A stretch of DNA of 64,000 bases, taken from the NCBI RefSeq assembly GCF_009914755.1, contig NC_060938.1; one strand, written 5' to 3'. The translations under genes and the position numbers were made by a program. Every line of letters starts with the position of its first letter. Position 1 is the stretch's first letter. Positions 36,587-54,693 of the stretch are shown piece by piece. The stretch comes from the human T2T-CHM13v2.0 reference genome, Homo sapiens. The notes under the pieces are model-generated. The model searched no databases, was not told the origin of the DNA, and saw only the letters and a program-made list of their open reading frames with translations.

Positions 36587-36885
36587 TATGTATATATATA
36601 ATGCTAGTAATATATTGCCATAATTTTCTTTGTTCATTTATTATTTCATAGAGTAGGATGGCACTAAGTAACCTCTTAGTTGTTCAGTACAGGTAATACG
36701 GCGACAAGGAAGGCTTCAAGGAAATTTAACTTGGCCCTGTAGAATGGGTGGGATATGAATTAGCATAGGGGAAAGAAGAGAGGGTAATACAGAGGAGAGA
36801 AGTAGCAGAGATGAAGCACAGGTACAAGAGTAAATATAATCTATGAGAGGAGCTGCAGAGAGGTCACCCTGGCAGGAGCGGAGGC
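36587..36885 (+). repeat. Segment A of local triplicated/inverted mosaic (core + L2 part)
   Basis: Reverse complement of 38261-38560, roughly 85-90% identical by eye. Confidence 0.92.
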
Positions 36886-37320
36886 TCCTGGAGCATGAGA
36901 TCAGATAAGCGAGACTAGTCTGAATTACTGAGAGCCTTCAAAAGTATGCAAAGGCATTTAGATTTCCTGTGATAGGAAATAAGAAGCCATTGCAGAGTTT
37001 TTAAAGCAGTGGCGATTACTTGATGAAAATAGCATTTTAGGAGCATCAATCTCTCACTTAGCATTGGAAGATTTATTAAATCAGGTTGGTGTTAGAGGTA
37101 AGAGTACCAGCTAAGAAGTCATGATAGTATAGTATTTTAAGATAGACAAACAATGTACTGATGTAGGTTGGTAGCAGTGAGAATGGGAGGAAGAAATTCA
37201 TATCAGAAACATTATCGACAAAATGTGATTCAATGACCAACTAGATGTGAAGGGTAAAGAATTCAGCATCTTAAGGTTCTCTGCATAAGAGATAGGAAAA
37301 ACACAGTGCCATTAATAGAA
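36690..37320 (-). mobile_element. L2 fragment
   Basis: aggaaggcttc...gaagccattgcagagtttttaaagcag...ttggtagcagtgagaatggg...ctagatgtgaaggg. Confidence 0.6.
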
Positions 37321-37875
37321 CGTCTTTATTTCAATACTAAGAACTAATTTCATTTTCTTTTGTGTAACCCTAACTTATAAACTTATGAGAAAAAATATTA
37401 AGTTGAGTTTGAGAAAAGTACGGCCAGATGGCAGATATAAAACTCATCAAAATTGGCTTCTAGAAACTGACAAGGAAAAGAAAGGAAGGGCTTGTAAGGA
37501 TTCTTCTCTGGGAATAATAGAAATACCCATGAGAATTTCTTTGGAATGATAGCAATTTAGATTGTATAACCCCATTTCCCAAATAATTAAACTCTTTCCA
37601 TGGAGTTTAGTGCTAAAAGTCAGAATGTCCAAAGTTATTCTGAATGATAAAGATTATTCATAAGAGCTGTATCTCAAGCCGTTCAAAGATAGGCCAGATG
37701 TCAAGGCTGCAGTTTGAGGTATCATCCTTCAGAAGGCAATAATATGTAACTCCTCTACTGGGCAAACAGCAGATCACTTTCTGAAGTGATGTCATTCAGA
37801 TTGAGAATTATCAGAAGTAGCCTGATGTGTGAATATTTTAAAGTCCAGATATAAGCAGCTGGAGGCTGCATGTAG

Positions 37876-38812
<937 letters not shown>

Positions 38813-39635
38813 CACACAGATGAGAATTGTTCTACTAATTAAGATGAAACAATAATTTTCATTGGCCTTACAGAGCTGGCACTGTAGGTGACTATATGGT
38901 ACATTGAGGGGAGAGAAGGGGACCTATATGCCTCCTCTGCTCTATAAGCTGTCATCTTGGTGGACAGAGAAGGTGGTGGGCCAGTCCTTGTGTCCTTTCC
39001 ACCTCCCATGCCCGCCGTACATTACCCATCTGTTCCAAAGGAGAGGAAGAGGCATTAAGGGATGGAGGGTGACTATGTATTACTTACGCATTTCTGAGTA
39101 AATTGACAAAGTGTCTTTCGTAACTCTCTAAATCATAATCATTATAAATAAATGAGGCCTTAATTGTTTGCTGCCAATTTCCAGATGTTTTCTAGAATAT
39201 ATAGATTTATATAAATTGTTAACAGTACAAATATACTGTAAGTCTAAAGGAAATCACATGAAAAGTCCATCTCTGTGATCACTCACAGTAAATAAATTTG
39301 AACATAAGTGTAATTCACACTTAAGATCATTGTAACTCAGTCCCTGATATAGTTTACTAGTGTCCTGTCAGTTTGAAAGAGTTAATGTGTTCCTATGTTA
39401 CTAACTTACTACCAAAGAATAATCTAGGTACTGAGAATAAAGCCCATTAATCCTTAATACTAACACTTTAACGCATAAAGAAAAGATGTATGTGATTTAA
39501 TTTCAAGTCATCTATGGTGCTTGAGAAATATTAACTGTGAAGTGAATGGATATTAAAGAATGAAAATTACATTTGCAAGTGGCATATGAAAATCAGGAAT
39601 CAGGAAAAAAAATGAAAGTCAGTCTTACAGTCTTA

Positions 39636-39979
39636 CTAAGAGAATAGTCTCAAACCTGTCTCCTGGTAAAATCCTCAAGGATTTTCAGAAACTCTACAAA
39701 ACACGACATGTGAACATGGTAATTTGTTATTTTTCCTTAGATTAGTTTAGGTGTGGGCAGTATGCAGTAGCTACCTCTTTTGGTATGTGTTTTGTTACTG
39801 AACTTTGGTAGAAATACCTATTTTGAGTAAATCACCTAGATAATATGAGTAGTTGCTGTAAATATGTGCTTATTAGCTTATGTATATATATGATGCTAGT
39901 AACATATTAATATGTTTTTTCTTGTTCATTTATTATTTCATAGAGTAGGATGGTTCTGAGTAACCTCTTAATTCTTCAA
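39636..39979 (+). repeat. Segment C of local mosaic
   Basis: Reverse complement of 38463-38812 (caaacctgtctcctg..aaaatcctcaaggattttcagaaactctacaaaaca...gagtaaatcacctagataatatga). Confidence 0.92.
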
Positions 39980-40946
39980 TCTTTCTCTGCATTCAGAATT
40001 CCTTGTCTATAAAATACAAAAAAAGTGTATATGTTTGTACACTATTTTGTGATAAATGAAAATATATGCATATGTGTTATAGGCTTTATAACATTTTCTA
40101 TATTCTATGTTGTGATATTATACTAATTAAATAAAGTATAGTCTATGATGAGTATGCATCATAACAATTTCAGAGCCATCTGCCTTTTCATGGTTATATA
40201 ACAACTAAATTTGATGTTTTAGAAAAATGAATCACTCTTATTTATGTAAAAAGATTAGGACTTTATACAATGTCTAAGCCCAATAACATGCAGTTTTAAA
40301 CTGCCAGAAAGAAGCAGTGACCGTCTGAAAGTCCAGTAATACCATGAATGAAATTATACTTCAGATTTCTATTTATTATATCCTTATCTTGAAACCAAGG
40401 ATTGATTCCCGATAAGAAAAAGCCTATGAGAACAGTATAATTGAGCAGTTTTCAAAACAATATTTAAGAAGGAAACAACTTATCACTCTTAATTTTTAAC
40501 AAAAGACACTCTAAAAATAGTGAAACTGTGATGTTTTAGATGAGACAGTGATGTAACCAACAAACTCCATTTCTGGCTAAAAGAAATCAAGATACTCTAT
40601 AAGCCTTCAGTTGTAACTTAAGCAAATGCTCATATGGGGAGTAGGAGTAAAACACAAACACCAGAATAAGGCAAAAAGAGGGACTTTCCCACTAATCTAC
40701 ATCCTTTTTAAAAAATACCACTGATGTATCCCATTACAATTCTTAGAAATCAAATAATTTTAAATGGGATCATTGAAATGGTTGGCATTGAATTTGTTTT
40801 TTCCTACATTCTGTCACATGCCTGCTTATTTTTGACTCCGATGCTTCTTCCATAGAAGATGCATAAGCAGTCCACATTCAAGGCAACTTCATTCCTTTGT
40901 AAGCTTCTTTTTTCTTCTGACAAATTATGAAATCAAAAGAAGAGCT

Positions 40947-41230
<284 letters not shown>

Positions 41231-41906
41231 TTAAATAAATTCCTCCTGATACAGAAAGGCTAACCTTTACTTAGTTATTACTTAGGGTGAAATTTTATCT
41301 AACATATTTCTCACCAAGTCTCCCAAACTCCTTCGATTTAAAGTGAGAGAAATCTGTTCTTTTTAGATAACTGCTCTATCATTTAATGTTCTTCTGCAAA
41401 GGTTATTGACAAAATATATACTACAAATCTTCACATTAATTAATTGACTTTCTTTTATTCTTGAAACCTACTTTTAGGAGGTCAGCAGCAAAATTTCAAC
41501 CCATTACTTTAGAATAGAAAATGTGAATGTACTTCTTATTCCCAACATATGTGTGTGATATTTATTCATAAGCAATATTCTATTGATTTTTGAGAGCCTG
41601 TTGGGCTAGTTACCAAATATACAGTGGTAAACACATTGTCCCTACCCTTATGGAGCCTCATGGGCTTGTTATTGGAATTGAGTTTTCTTGGGAATGTTAC
41701 ATATGATTTAAATATCCCCTGAGAGAGAAAGTGAAGGAGCCCAATAAAATTGTAACTTAATCTTAATTTATTCTATTATCTCAATCACTTTCTAATGTTG
41801 TTAGGGGATTAAGCAAAATAACTCCATTATCTTCTGTTACGTACTTTCCTAATAGTATCATCTAATACACTTAGTGCTGCCATGTTCCAACTGGAATCCA
41901 GGGGAC

Positions 41907-42044
41907 AATCTAGATATCTAACTTACAAAGCCTTAATTAAGCCTTGGGTAAAATTATACCAAAGGTAGTATTTTAATCTAGATATCTAACTTACAAAGTC
42001 TTAATTAAGCCTTGAGTAAAATTATACCAAAGGTAGTATTTTAA
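41907..42044. repeat. Tandem duplication, 2 x 68 bp
   Basis: Units start at 41907 and 41975, with two substitutions. Confidence 0.95.
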
Positions 42045-42964
42045 AATCCAAAACTTGAAATAAAATTACTTTAGTGATACTATAAAGAAGGAAATATTGC
42101 TTTAATTATTCTCTATGTTCTCATTTTTAAAAGAGGTGAAATAAAAGTAAATAAAACAAAGTTTCACATATTTTAATTTTTATATCCAACGTTTATGTTT
42201 ATTATTCACCTTAGTAGGTATTAATTGATATGATTGATTGGTGAGCTTCATTTTTCAAGGTTACCTAAAAGATAGTAGTTAGTCAATGTTTAAAATATAG
42301 GTAATTTTTTGGCGCCTTGTCTACTTTTGATATTAATGACATTGAAAAAGGAATGTCGTATATCTAATCTAAGGACAGTTGAATATACACATATCAAGTT
42401 TTTTCTGTGTTCTATTTAATCTCAACAATAAATCCAAGTTTCTTGCTGAATTTCAAGGTGTGAAGTAACTTCTTAATGTTAATGTAAATCTAAAAGACAA
42501 GCTTAATGCAGCATGGTAAATAAAATGACCCAGGAATTGTGAGATCTGAGTACAGCTTATTCTCACTTTCTCACTGTTTTCCTATGTAACACACTCTCCC
42601 GTTCACAGTATTTAAAACCTTTCAGCCACTTGAAAAAGGTATAACATGAAACTCCCTATATTATAACTTGCTATGGATGAAAACTCCTTTTATAATCCAT
42701 CCCTACAGAGAATTTTGTAAAAAGACTTCATATGATATATATCTACAGTAGAAACACCTAAAAGGCTGTGTAGAACAAGTGTTTAGAAGGTGCTATTCAC
42801 AAAATAATTACCTAAGAAATATGCATAAATGAATGAATGACAGTGCTTTGTATAATTACATATCTTAGGAGCTAAATTAATTTATCTACATTATTTCTTT
42901 GTATCCTTTATTCCAGTAATTCTTTATCTTTTTTCAATTTCTTTTTCCTTTCCTTTATTGTCCC

Positions 42965-43130
42965 TTTCTTTTCTTTTGGAGATAGGATCTTGCTCTGTTA
43001 CCCAGGCTGGAGTGCAGTGAGTGGGACAGTCTCAGCTGACTGTAGACTCAATCTCTTGGGCTCAAGCAATCCTCCAACCTCGGCCTTCCTAGTATCTGGG
43101 ACCACAGGCATGCACCACCATACCTGGCTG
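42965..43130 (-). mobile_element. Alu monomer (FRAM/AluJ arm)
   Basis: gagataggatcttgctctgttacccaggctgg...gggctcaagcaatcctcc. Confidence 0.82.
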
Positions 43131-45642
43131 ATAAGTTTTTACATAGCGAAATAGTTTGGGGGAAAGGGCTGAATTAGATTTGATTAATTTTGAAGTTATA
43201 GGAGAAATCAACAAACTAATTCATACCTGATTAGTAATGAGGCTTTAACGCTAAATATTGTTGGCTGTATCTCCAAAGTTTTTCTTGCTTTTCTCCCTTT
43301 TCTAAGATACGTGTATATCCAGCCAATCATACCAGTTGACAATAAGAGGGACGTGTAAGGGGCAATCTTATATGCAGACAGAGATGATAGTCACATCCCA
43401 GGAGTCGTTTAAGAGAAAAATGTGAATCCCAAAATACATCTATTTTGATATCTATCAATTGATACCTGAAATTTCTCCATCAGATATTCCCGTATTTGAG
43501 TTAAAGCTTTGTACTGTAATAAATTATAGATATGCCTTTTTGTGAATCACATAACATCATCATAAAGTTCAGGGCAAGTGCTAAGCATCATTAGGAGGAG
43601 AATATGAGGATACTTAGATTCTTGATGGGAAATGAGTGAAGTATCATTCGGGTACATTTCTGCTAAGCATTGAGTTTTTGTTTTGAGTTTTTTCTTGCTC
43701 TCTCTAGAATTCTCTATTACTATTGGAACTCCATTTTAATTATTATTACCAAATTATTTTAGACTTTGCTCTTTGAGAAATAAAGACAAACTTTCCACTT
43801 TCATAGTTCTGTCCCATGACTAGCCCAAACAATTGTTACTTTGACTATTTGATATCAGGTGTAAAAGAAAAAAATGTGGCCCAAAATCATTTTAAGAACC
43901 ATAATAATTTTCTAAGCTTCATTTCCTGAGTATCCCCTTGTGTTTGGGATAGTGGGGGTTGGTAGTGGAAACAATGTGTACATAAGTATTGAATTGGGAG
44001 TCATCATTTTTAGGTCAAAAACTAGACTGATAATGCAATCAATGCTTTTGCTGAAAGTTGGCTTTTTTGCTGAAATGTATCTAAACAAAACCTAGGTATC
44101 TACTCTGCTTAAACTTACATAAAGCTCTAAATTTAGCAACATTTTAGTACTGATGAAAATTCTCAAATCTCATGACTATCACAAGATATTGGAGATACCT
44201 GAACACGGTGGATGAAGTAGGTAGTAAGAGGGCCTTTTAAAATGCATTCTTTGGTTTCTACTTAATCTCAAAGATCTTAATATGAAGATTAACAAAGAGA
44301 AGAATGCTTGATTCTAAGTATGATATCCATGTAAACTTTCAATGCCACCTTAGCTAGGCTAAGATTTTTAACACTATCCTTTGTCAAGGAAGACACTTAT
44401 ATGTATGATATAAGTCATAGTTGATAGTTACTTTGGCTTTCTACATCCCTGCTAGTGTCAATTTTTTTTGCATTTTCTGTAGTATAATGATAGCTGAAAT
44501 CTGACTTTATTATTGTTGTAATGCCCAATTCTAGGTAAATAAATTATGCCCACAGCCGAATCAATCACAACCCATTATTAAATTTGAGTTTTCTATTAAT
44601 AAGATTACAAATGTTTTAGTCTCAAAATTGTGTAAAACAAGATCAATTTTTAAGTTCCTATCCATTTAATAGTGAATGTGTTCAAAAAAATATGTATTTT
44701 TAATAAGGCAAAATGCATGATACCAAACACAGCATTGTTAGGTTGGTAGTATTTTGGAATTCACGATTTGGCTTTGATAAAAGTGACTTATGGACTCTTC
44801 AATATAGCTTTCCAGTGAATATATATTGAATGTTGAAAGACCACTCATTAAAATTAAATTTAAAAATAAAGTAAATGCTCTATGCTGTGAGCCATACAAG
44901 GCATAATATCAACTTCAACAAGAAATGGTCTGCAAACACACCATATTTGCCAAGTATCATAACAGTCTAGAAACTTCTGCTTCTGTGTCACAGATCATGA
45001 AATTAGGTTATTAGGCTTTTTTTGATATCTGTAAAAGCCCTAATTAAGCCCTTTAATACTCTAATTGAAATAGATATAAGTGCTTCTGGATGATACCCTG
45101 TAGCTGGTCCAGCTTCTTTAGTTGCAGACTGACCTAATAACTCAGTGATCTACTCACTAAGGACTTAGTATGCTCTGACAGCCAAACCAGTCCTAGTTGC
45201 CATATAATGAGCCTTGCAGGTCTAGCTACATTTCAGGAATTAACCTCTATAGCTAGTAGGTAAGGAAGAATAATGAACTTTAATATGTCTTGATTTCAGG
45301 AGTCATTTCACAAACTGTCTCATAATAACTTTCTGGAAAAGATCAAGAAATGATTGCACAGTTCTGAGAATTTATAGCTAATTGAAAAAGAATACATATT
45401 ATACTCTGTAAAATTGCCTGTAAGAGCTTTTCTCTATACTTTATCTTTGGTTCTTTCCCAGTCAACATTTTTCTGAAGACCTAAGTTAAAAACATAAAGA
45501 GTAGACTTCTCAAAAGAACAAAAAAAAGTGATAGCAAATTCAGGATGCCAAAAGATATGAATTGCTGGGGAAAATGAGCTATATTTACTAAGATGAAATC
45601 TGACAGGGATAAATGTAAAAATCTTAAATTTAGGATCAATAC

Positions 45643-46368
<726 letters not shown>

Positions 46369-46881
46369 TGATATGGAAATATTAATTGTAGATGTCAAAA
46401 AAAGAGAAGTTTGCCTTGGTTTTGCTGGCAAAGCAGGCCCAGGTATTAGTGGGTGAGCCTTTTGCCCCAACGCTCAGTCTAAGCCCATAGTGAAACATGG
46501 CAGCATTAAGATAGAAGTAAATTCCCAGATTGAGAGAGATATAAGTTCCATTTCCCTTTGTAATGAACCATACTGGATTGTTGTATAGGACTCTATGTTT
46601 TTAAAAACACTAGACATGCCGAGAGAGTAACCAATAATGGTGAGCAATTTATTAACCTATACAAAGCCCTTCGAGGACTGGAAGTGTTAGCCTCAAAAAA
46701 AGTAAAACACAGTAAAGATACAACAATTTTCTTAACATTTTGACAACACCTCATAAAGGAAATCAAGTAGGGTAATGATTTAAAGGGTAGGTGTATGCAG
46801 ATAGGTAGAAGAGCCAATGAGGCTCTCTATGAAAATAAGGAATAATTCTCTGACTATATAGTTATTATTCAGCTCCCCATT

Positions 46882-47235
46882 TGATGTGATTTGGCTGTGT
46901 CCCCACCCAAATCTCATATTGAATTGTAGTTCCCATAATCCCCATGTCTCATCGGAGGGACCAGATGGAGATAATTGAACCATGGGAGCAGTTTCCCCCT
47001 TCCTGTTCTCATGAGATCAGATGGTTTTAGAGGGGGCTTTTCCCCCTTTTGCTTTACACTTCTCCTTGCTGCTGTCATGTGAAGAAGGACATATTTGCTT
47101 CCCCTTCCCTTATGATTGTAAGTTTCCTGAGGCCTCCCCAGCCAGGCTGAACTGTGAATCATTTCAACCTTCTTCCTTTATAAATTACCCAGTCTTGGGC
47201 AGCCCTTTATAGCAGTGTGAGAACAGACTAATACA
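46882..47235 (+). mobile_element. THE1 (C/D-like) solo LTR
   Basis: TG...CA ends, tttggctgtgtccccacccaaatctc start, gactaataca end, 5-bp TSD ccatt. Confidence 0.93.
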
Positions 47236-47749
47236 CCATTCTTACCACTTTCTAACAGTTCTTGTTTTCACTTTCTGTATGACTTTTCAACCCATTTTCC
47301 CATCTACTTCTACCTTCACCTTTTCACTTATGAATTCATTCTTCAGTCTTTTTCAGATACGAAGTCTTCTTACCTTTCTCTTATCAATTTCATTTTTTTA
47401 TATTCCCTGATGTCTTACATGTACTTTTGTGAGCATATTTGTGTGTGTTCATATTTATATCGTAGTGTCTGTATATATTCATAAATATGTCTGCATATGT
47501 ACATTTTTATATGTATCTGTGTGCATTATAGACTGTATATGTATCTTTCGGTTGTGGCTAAAACTGAGCAAGAAGTTTATTTCATTAGTTACAGCTTCTG
47601 CATGGAGGAATGGGTAAGCCGATCAATTGCCTGTCCTCTTCCTTACATTTCTGTGCTTCCTCCCCTCCCCATCTTTCCCTCCTTCTGCTTTTGTCCTTAC
47701 ACCTCAGCTCCTTTTAATCGGTCTTCATGAACCTTCTTTCCATTGTTTC

Positions 47750-50900
<3,151 letters not shown>

Positions 50901-53900
50901 ATCAGTTGTTTCATCACAAAGTTTTCACAGGTTCAAATTGAAGTAAATAAAAAAATACAATATACCAAGTTTTTCTTAAATATTTTAGCTGAAAGGTTGA
51001 GTGAGTGAATGGATGGCAACATTAATCAAGATAAGAAATACTGAAACATGCATAAGAAGTAAAATAGTTTTGTTTTAAATATACTGAGTATCATAGGCCA
51101 ATTGTATAAGCAAGAGGAGATTTCTTGAAGGCAGTTGGATAAGTGAGTCTAAAACTCAGAAGAGAATTTTGAGAAAGGGGTCTAGATTTGGAAGTCATGA
51201 GCGTTTAAGTGTCATCAAGGGAGCAAAATGAAAAGAAAAGATGATAAAATACATCAACATTAAAAATACCAACAAAACAACAACCATAGTGATAAAAGAA
51301 ACAAAAATCATATTTAAAGTCTTCTCATCCTTCTGACTGAGAGAGGGCAAGATCTTTAATACTAATGGCAAACCCTAGGTGCAGCATTTTTAGTGACTTT
51401 GTCTCCTCCTCCTCACAACCTTGTATAAGGGTTTACTTGTCTGTTCTTCAGTTTCTTCATATTTAAAATGGAGAAATCCTAATCCTAGCTCTAGCCCTTT
51501 TCCTGTTTCATGAAGCTGTTGAGAAGATATCACTGAGTAATATTTAAAGCAGCTGGAGCCTATTTTAGTGAGCTACATAATTTTTTAAGGACATTATTGA
51601 TTTGGACAGTAAGAATAGCCTGCAGGCAAATCCTGCAAGGTGCTTCAACAGACACACACGTCTACCTTCCTGTTGGCACAGCCCATGTTTGGCAGGTGTA
51701 TTCCATTCCTTACAGGAAGGAATAGGTGCTTCATTGTGTTACAGAAGTCAGTAAGCTTTCACAAAACTAAGTAATTGACATCTTTCTCATTTCTGAGATC
51801 AGGTTTTCATAAATCATTCGACCTGGATAAATTGAGATTGTAGTTGATGTGGTAATTGTTGAAATACAATGAGGACATTGCAAAACATGATATTTAACTA
51901 TTTTCTCCTAATCTCTTACCTTAACAACATATAAGAGTTCTAAATGGAAAGATGTCCTAATGTAGAAAAAGGAAACAAAAGTAAGATGAGCCTGTCTGTA
52001 AAGGAGAAGCCAGAAGAAGCACAACACAGATTCATCTCAGTAATTTGGGATTCCACTGATTCTGAATTTGTAGTAACAATAATAATAACTAGACAACATA
52101 GAGCTGACTTTTATATTGTGAAAAAGGTTTTATCACTAGTTAGTAGTATAAATTATATTATGGAGAAGGGATACATTTAGCCAGTTTGCAAGTAATATTT
52201 TCTGGCTTTTAACAATATATGCAAAGCAATGCTACTAATATCTTATAATGATTTCTGCTGGGAGCTATTTAATGGTTATTTCAAGTTACTATCAGATTTT
52301 AACAATAAACTTAAAATTTCATAGTGTAGTTCTATAATTCATACTCACATTTTTCTTTCCCCTCATTGCACAACTCAAGTTAATTAAACATTGCCTTAAA
52401 GGATTCATGTAGTGCTATGAGTCATAATATTCAGAGTGTGTAAGTTAGCACTAGTTTTTAACCACTAGGGAAGGTTCAAGTATTGCAGACTAATCTGAGA
52501 ATACAGTGAATTTTCTAATGACTCTTCTAGTTCAGGTATTTGTACCACTAGACTGTTTTAGTGGATATACAACATTTATGTATAGTTTGCATTTTAGAAA
52601 AGTTTGTAGTAATAAACTTAGACAAGATTTGCCTTTTTACTCTAAGATCATTACTGTGTTCTTAAAGCAAAGTTTTTTGATGCACTGAATAATTTTGTTT
52701 TATTTTCCTGTTTTTTGTTAACAGAATTCTTGATAGATACAAAATCATCCAATAAACTTCAGCTAGTTTTCAGCATTATATGCAGTTGATTTGTCCATTC
52801 CTCAGTGGAACTTCCAAATCATCTAAACCAGCTTTGTATGACACTAAGAATACCCTCATTCCTTCAGTGTCTAGCTCTGTGCTGTGTTTATTTGCAGAGG
52901 ACCCTCATGCATGGATCCATATAAATGAGGCAAACTGTGAAGCAGACTAGACTGTGCCGCTTACCGTAAAGTCTTTGAGAGAGGAAGATTGTGTATATGA
53001 AAACTGCTAGGCATGATATTTACTTATAAGGAAGATTTCTATGTGTATAACATCAAGCAAGATTTTTGGTTGAGGTTTTATGCTTTCAGTAAAGAAAATA
53101 AAAGAAGAAAACCAATTAATGGTCTGATTCTATCATCTTTTGTCAAGCATCTCTTACTGATCTACATGAATGTGACCTCCCGCTCATAGAGTAGTCTAAG
53201 AACACTGCAGAATGGACTTGTGAACTTTCGACTCTCTTTTCAATTTAATTGACTAGTTTTTAGTCAACTAAAAAAATCATTTTCTTTGACTAAAATGTCT
53301 ATGTAGGTAATTTCTAGTGCATCTATGCTACTCAGAAATAGAAACGTGTTTTTTTAATTAGAACAAAAAGTCTGGTTTTATTAGTATCAAATCATTGTGT
53401 ATTTTTAAATTATTTCCATGCTACTGTAACTTGAAATGTTTCCCACCTAACCACTATTTCTGGCTTTATGTTTATCAGCTGATTCTATGAAAAGATGGGA
53501 ATTTAGTACATAGAAGTTACACAGTATACCAACCAATGAATCACTTATCTAAGTAACAGGTGAAACATTGCTGATATTTGTGTTTTGAAATATGTGCTTT
53601 TCTTAGGTAAAATCAGTTTATTCTACATTTAATATGTGATCCTGTCATTGCATAGTAAATGATTCATTCACAACCTTAATGCAAGTAGCTAAATGTATTG
53701 AAATAAGTGTCCTATAAATTTTGTGTGGCATCTAATGCTGACATAATTCAAGGATCTGGGTTAAAGTTTGTGTCGTTGCTGGGTTTTTTAACCTCAAATA
53801 CTTGGCACTCTGTAGCAGTGTCTCTCACAGTAATGCTTTGTTTCTTAACATGACCGTGAGGACTGCTTGGTCACAGGCAAATACTGTCCTTTATCAGCGA

Positions 53901-53964
53901 GGACATTCTTAACAATAATTGCCCTTTTTTTCCCCTTCTCACCCCCATCCCAACCCCAACTTAG

Positions 53965-54031
53965 GTTGGAAAGGCTGGTGGATGTACTGAGGAAGAAGGT
54001 TGGAACCGGGACCATGAGGACAGTGATCTGA
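53965..54031 (+). CDS. MIPOL1: MIPOL1 terminal exon, coding part (K)LERLVDVLRKKVGTGTMRTVI*
   Basis: Pyrimidine-rich tract ending cttag (AG 53963-53964). Phase-2 join AA+G=Lys with the previous exon. TGA at 54029-54031. Confidence 0.92.
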
Positions 54032-54687
54032 TTGAAAAAAAACGACAGTCTGGGGAAGCGATCACATCTGGTGACCAGGCTGCTTCATTCAACACTGTGT
54101 AAACACCAAAGCCTTAACTTAGCAAACAGTTGTTAGAAGTGGGACACTCCAACCACATTCCAAGCTGAGATAAAATCAAATCACAAATGTTTAACCACTT
54201 TGCTGCTGACTTGAGTTATTTATCCAAATATATTAACTATAGACTTTTACCAATGGGTAGCTATAAGGTTACAGCTTATTTTGTAACTATTTTATATCTC
54301 AATATCTTTAATATAAATCTTTTTACTGAGAGATCATTATAGAAACATGTTAAAGTTGGTTAGGATCATATCTTCACATATGGCCCTTTCTGAATCAAAG
54401 TGCGGCAAAGTAAATATTGTCTAAGCTTTAATCCACTGTGTTAGGTCAAAACTTCAAATACATGCATTTTTCAATATAGGGTATATTTCTTAACTGATGA
54501 GAGAGGCTTAGACATGAGTGTGTAGTCTTCCTTCAATGCGTGTATGTAATCTTTGTTAGTATAAAAGATATTAAATATAGGTGCCAAGAATTAAATGTAT
54601 AATTTGTTTAATAAGAGATGGATATATTAAAATTACATTCATCAAGGCATGATTTTTGTTTCACTACAAATAATGCAAACTGTTTTC

Positions 54688-54693
54688 AATAAA
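54688..54693 (+). terminator. Candidate proximal poly(A) signal AATAAA
   Basis: AATAAA about 660 nt after the stop codon, followed by TG/T-rich sequence. Confidence 0.4.

Noticed and set aside
41907-42044. Palindromic direct repeats as a CRISPR-like array
   Set aside because: Only two abutting copies, no spacers, human intronic context.
42772-42785. AGAACA..TGTTT as an androgen response element
   Set aside because: The spacer is 2 nt rather than 3. I found no convincing full ARE by eye, so none is claimed.
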